Assembly: GCF_004010195.1 (NCBI RefSeq)
Contig: NC_057749.1
Span: forward strand, 19,587,689-19,625,423
Direction of reading: 5' to 3'
Origin: Chiloscyllium plagiosum
Lineage: Eukaryota
Length of the DNA stretch: 37,735 nucleotides
Shown here: piece after piece, positions 35,909-37,735 of the stretch
How positions within the stretch are numbered: position 1 is the stretch's first letter
Layout: the number at the start of each line of letters is the position of its first letter
Translations under genes and position numbers: made by a program
The notes under the pieces: generated by a model
What the model was told of the DNA's origin: nothing
The model's input: only the letters and a program-made list of their open reading frames with translations
Databases searched by the model: none

Positions 35909-36490
35909 TGAAGATCTGGACTCCCCAGGGGAGGGGGGTCTCTCTGATCCTCAATCAAATCATTCAGTAAACACTACCAATTCGGTCTGGTTCTGCAAGA
36001 TTTCACACTTTATTTAATCTCGGCTGGGCATAGCTTGTCCAGTAATACTTCCATGTTCCTTGGAGAAACTGTGCACATGGTTTAAGACAAAGATATTTTT
36101 ATACCTTTTTTGAGAGAAGTACAGGCCATCATTACAGAGCACATTCAATTTTAATGAAATGACTTTATTGACAGCAACTTAGTCCAATGATATTTCCTGG
36201 GAACCAACCTTGTTTTCCAAAACACTAGTTTTCCTATCTCACAAACCTAGTCTTTGCACGTGCACTTGCAAGGTCAGTTAGGATAGCTCATAATGTCTTA
36301 TCTCGTCTAGTTATTTCTATGCTGTAAAGGAAGCATTGTCTGCTAATCTTTGTTGAAACAGACTATGGTCAGTTCAGCTTTTAGCAGGGTTAAAAGCCTC
36401 TCTAATCAGAACTGTCAATTTGCAGCCTAGAAGCCATTTTGTCAGGTTATTTGCATTAAGAAGCCATTTTAATGCTGCCTATGTTAGTAA
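35909..36490 (-). repeat. Possible solo-LTR-like insertion
   Basis: Abrupt break from CR1 at TG (35909); on minus, TATAAAA (about 36096-36102) precedes AATAAA (about 36010-36015). No TSD verifiable. Confidence 0.3.
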
Positions 36491-36511
36491 GATAAAATAG
36501 CTCTCCACAAT

Positions 36512-36546
36512 CACCTGATGAAGGAGCGTCGCTCCGAAAGCTAGTG
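36512..36546 (+). ncRNA. Minimal type I hammerhead ribozyme motif (Penelope-associated, dimer type)
   Basis: CAC-CTGATGA-A-GGAGC(GTC)GCTCC-GAAA-GC-TA-GTG: stem I CAC/GTG, core boxes intact, 5-bp stem II, palindromic AGCT stem III; predicted cut after A36543. Confidence 0.8.
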
Positions 36547-36601
36547 TGCTTCCAATTAAACCACTTTGTACACCCCAGTCCAACACCGGCATCTCCAAAT
36601 C

Positions 36602-37735
36602 ATGACTACTATCGACACCACTAACTTCCAGCTTAAAGTGGAGAGGATCTCCAAGAAGATTGCACATATCGACAGAGACATCAAGTTTCTATAGGAATGC
36701 AGGCAAGCAGGAAAGATCCCGAAAGGATTACGGATCACGAACCCACTTAGGTCAACCTACAACACGGACTACGCAGAGAGACTTTGCCACCGCACCTCTC
36801 GTAAACTTCTCAATCATCTCGTGCACCAACTCTACAGCAGACGCCACAACCTTGAAATTCAGATGGAGTCCACACTCACAGCCTGCACACAGGATACATC
36901 AGTACAATTACGTGACATTGCCAAACGGACAAGGTGACAAAACTACACCACGTACATGCACGCCAAGAACAAAAAACTGGAGAAGCTTGGTATTCTTACC
37001 AGTAATAGCAAAGCCCGCCCTGGAACCACAGTAGACAACATTATCACTGCGGGGAAGTCTATTGTCAACTTATCAGACCACACCCTTCGACTGGAAGAGA
37101 TTAAAGTCCTGAGTAGGGGTCTCAATTTCTGCCCCACCACCAAAATGGACCCGTTGGTTCTGGCAGCAGACACAGAGGAGTTCATCAGACGAACGAGACT
37201 CCGGGAATTCTTTCAAGGTGCCGGCAGTGATCCCACTGAGCCCACTGATGAACTAGAACAGTCATCACAGGGATCTGTAGAGGGGCGACCAAAGAAGGTG
37301 TCAACATGGACCCCACCGGAGGGCCGCTGTCCTGGGCTTGACATGTATTCTCAAACTGTCAGGAAATATATAAATGCCAGATTCATCAGCTGTACCCACA
37401 AGGTAGAGCAAAACATCACCTGTTCACAACGCAATGCCATCCAGGCTCTCAAAACCAATGACAATATTGTCATCAAACCAGCAGATAAAGGAGGAGCCAT
37501 TGTCATTCAGAATAGAACAAATTACTGCAAGGAAGTGTACCGACAACTGAACAACCAGAAACACTACAGGCAACTACCAGCTGATCCAACCAAAGAACAC
37601 ACCCGAGAATTAAACACACTGATCAGAACTTTGGATCCAGTCCTTCAGAGCTCCCTACGCGCCCTCATCCCACGTACTTCTCGTGTAGGCGACTTCTACT
37701 GCCTTCCAAAGGTACACAAAGCCAACACACCGGGA
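36602..37735 (+). pseudogene. Penelope-like RT ORF N-terminal 378 codons with two in-frame stops
   Basis: One frame throughout: MTTIDTTNF...IVNLSDHTL...LSRGLNFCP...NIVIKPADKGGAIVI...FYCLPKVHKANTPG; TAG at 36692 and TGA at 36935; no frameshift. Absent from the ORF track. Confidence 0.9.

Larger units (their letters stand above)
2384..37735 (+). other. AP3B2: AP3B2 intron 1 (continues past window end)
   Basis: GT donor at 2384; the expected exon 2 peptide (HDDLKEMLD...) was not found by eye anywhere downstream. Confidence 0.7.
36495..37735 (+). mobile_element. Penelope-like retroelement, 5' part (pLTR + RT ORF), runs off the window
   Basis: pLTR homologous to 6613-6815, followed by an ORF from ATG 36602. 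Confidence 0.92.

Noticed and set aside
1..37735. CRISPR arrays, prokaryotic operons or defence systems
   Set aside because: No repeat-spacer periodicity or bacterial gene organisation; all RT, nuclease and integrase motifs belong to vertebrate transposons.

Overview
Eukaryotic genomic DNA from a cartilaginous fish; the HE1/V-SINE, CR1 and Penelope repertoire suggests a bamboo or carpet shark (inference). The only recognisable host-gene part is the CpG-island promoter and first coding exon of AP3B2, the neuronal AP-3 beta subunit (+ strand, 2277-2383). Everything downstream appears to be a >35 kb first intron made almost entirely of transposon debris. This includes many CR1 fragments, a V-SINE, pogo/Tigger-like MITEs, and a complete decayed Gmr1-type Gypsy element (gag-PR-IN-RT-RH, both LTRs, 4-bp TSD). 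It also holds a Harbinger transposase relic, a CR1 > L1(+) > L1(-)/CR1 nest with recoverable TSDs, and Penelope-like elements, one of which keeps an intact-looking minimal (dimer-type) hammerhead ribozyme just upstream of its ORF. I see no wholly new biological system. The best leads are the hammerhead, an oddly arranged REST/RE1 site over the AP3B2 start codon, and several templated-junction structures.
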